DNA of 47,720 bases from the NCBI GenBank assembly GCA_032718475.1, contig JAUCBJ010000702.1, forward strand, positions 1 to 47,720, written 5' to 3'. Source of the DNA: Nemertoderma westbladi (Eukaryota > Animalia > Xenacoelomorpha). The translations under genes and the position numbers were made by a program. Positions 47,336 through 47,720 of the stretch are shown here, in pieces. The notes under the pieces were generated by a model. The model was given only the letters and a program-made list of their open reading frames with translations, searched no databases and was not told the origin of the DNA. Numbering within the stretch: the stretch's first letter is position 1; each line of letters begins with the position of its first letter.

Positions 47336-47720
47336 AATTTTTTTCTACAAATTTTACTTAAGGGTGGGGGGTACAGTACACCATTTTGGTGAAAAATATG
47401 TCGACATTTTTTTTATGGTCTATTATAATGCATTATTGAATGGTCTTTCCAAATCTGAAAACCACAATTTAATAGCTCTTTTAGTTTTTAAGTTGTAACA
47501 ATCTCCATTTAGGGAATCCTATTGAAATTACTATTACTAAGTATAATGAAAGGTCGATTATCTCCAAATATTTTTTTTATGAAATTGTCAACTTCAAAAC
47601 CCTACTACTTCTACAATTTTTGAGCAATTAGTCTGAAACTTTCTGTGGGTGTCTACATAGCCACCCTGCATAATAGTGTCAGACAACTTTTCGAAATTAT
47701 TTGTTAATAAAATTTAATAC

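Noticed and set aside
47358-47720. Possible TTAA-flanked (Kolobok/piggyBac-like) element end
   Set aside because: Only one end is visible and the window ends before any partner TIR.

Overview
AT-rich, intron-containing animal genomic DNA dominated by repeats. It holds two host genes on the + strand. The first is the 3' end of an unidentified Ser/Thr-rich gene (exons 948-1010, 3826-4255, 4412-4939, 5675-6537). The second is a complete 7-exon Crk-family SH2-SH3-SH3 adaptor gene (11638-46542, 314 aa by my splicing). Crk intron 3 contains a young 16.9-kb BEL/Pao LTR retrotransposon (23561-40425) with 1273-bp LTRs and a GAACG target-site duplication (TSD). This element is the most unusual thing in the window. 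It has no tRNA-type (TGG) primer-binding site. Instead, the 11 nt directly after the 5' LTR are the exact reverse complement of an 11-mer inside the LTR, which is the geometry of Tf1/sushi-type self-primed reverse transcription; I do not know of this in BEL/Pao. It also carries an extra ~500-codon zinc-knuckle ORF where env would sit. The rest of the window is a truncated LINE, a Gypsy integrase/LTR relic, several MITE/foldback elements and many minisatellites, two of which grew out of Crk splice donors. Most long low-complexity ORFs in the track are artefacts of tandem repeats. All comparisons were made by eye.
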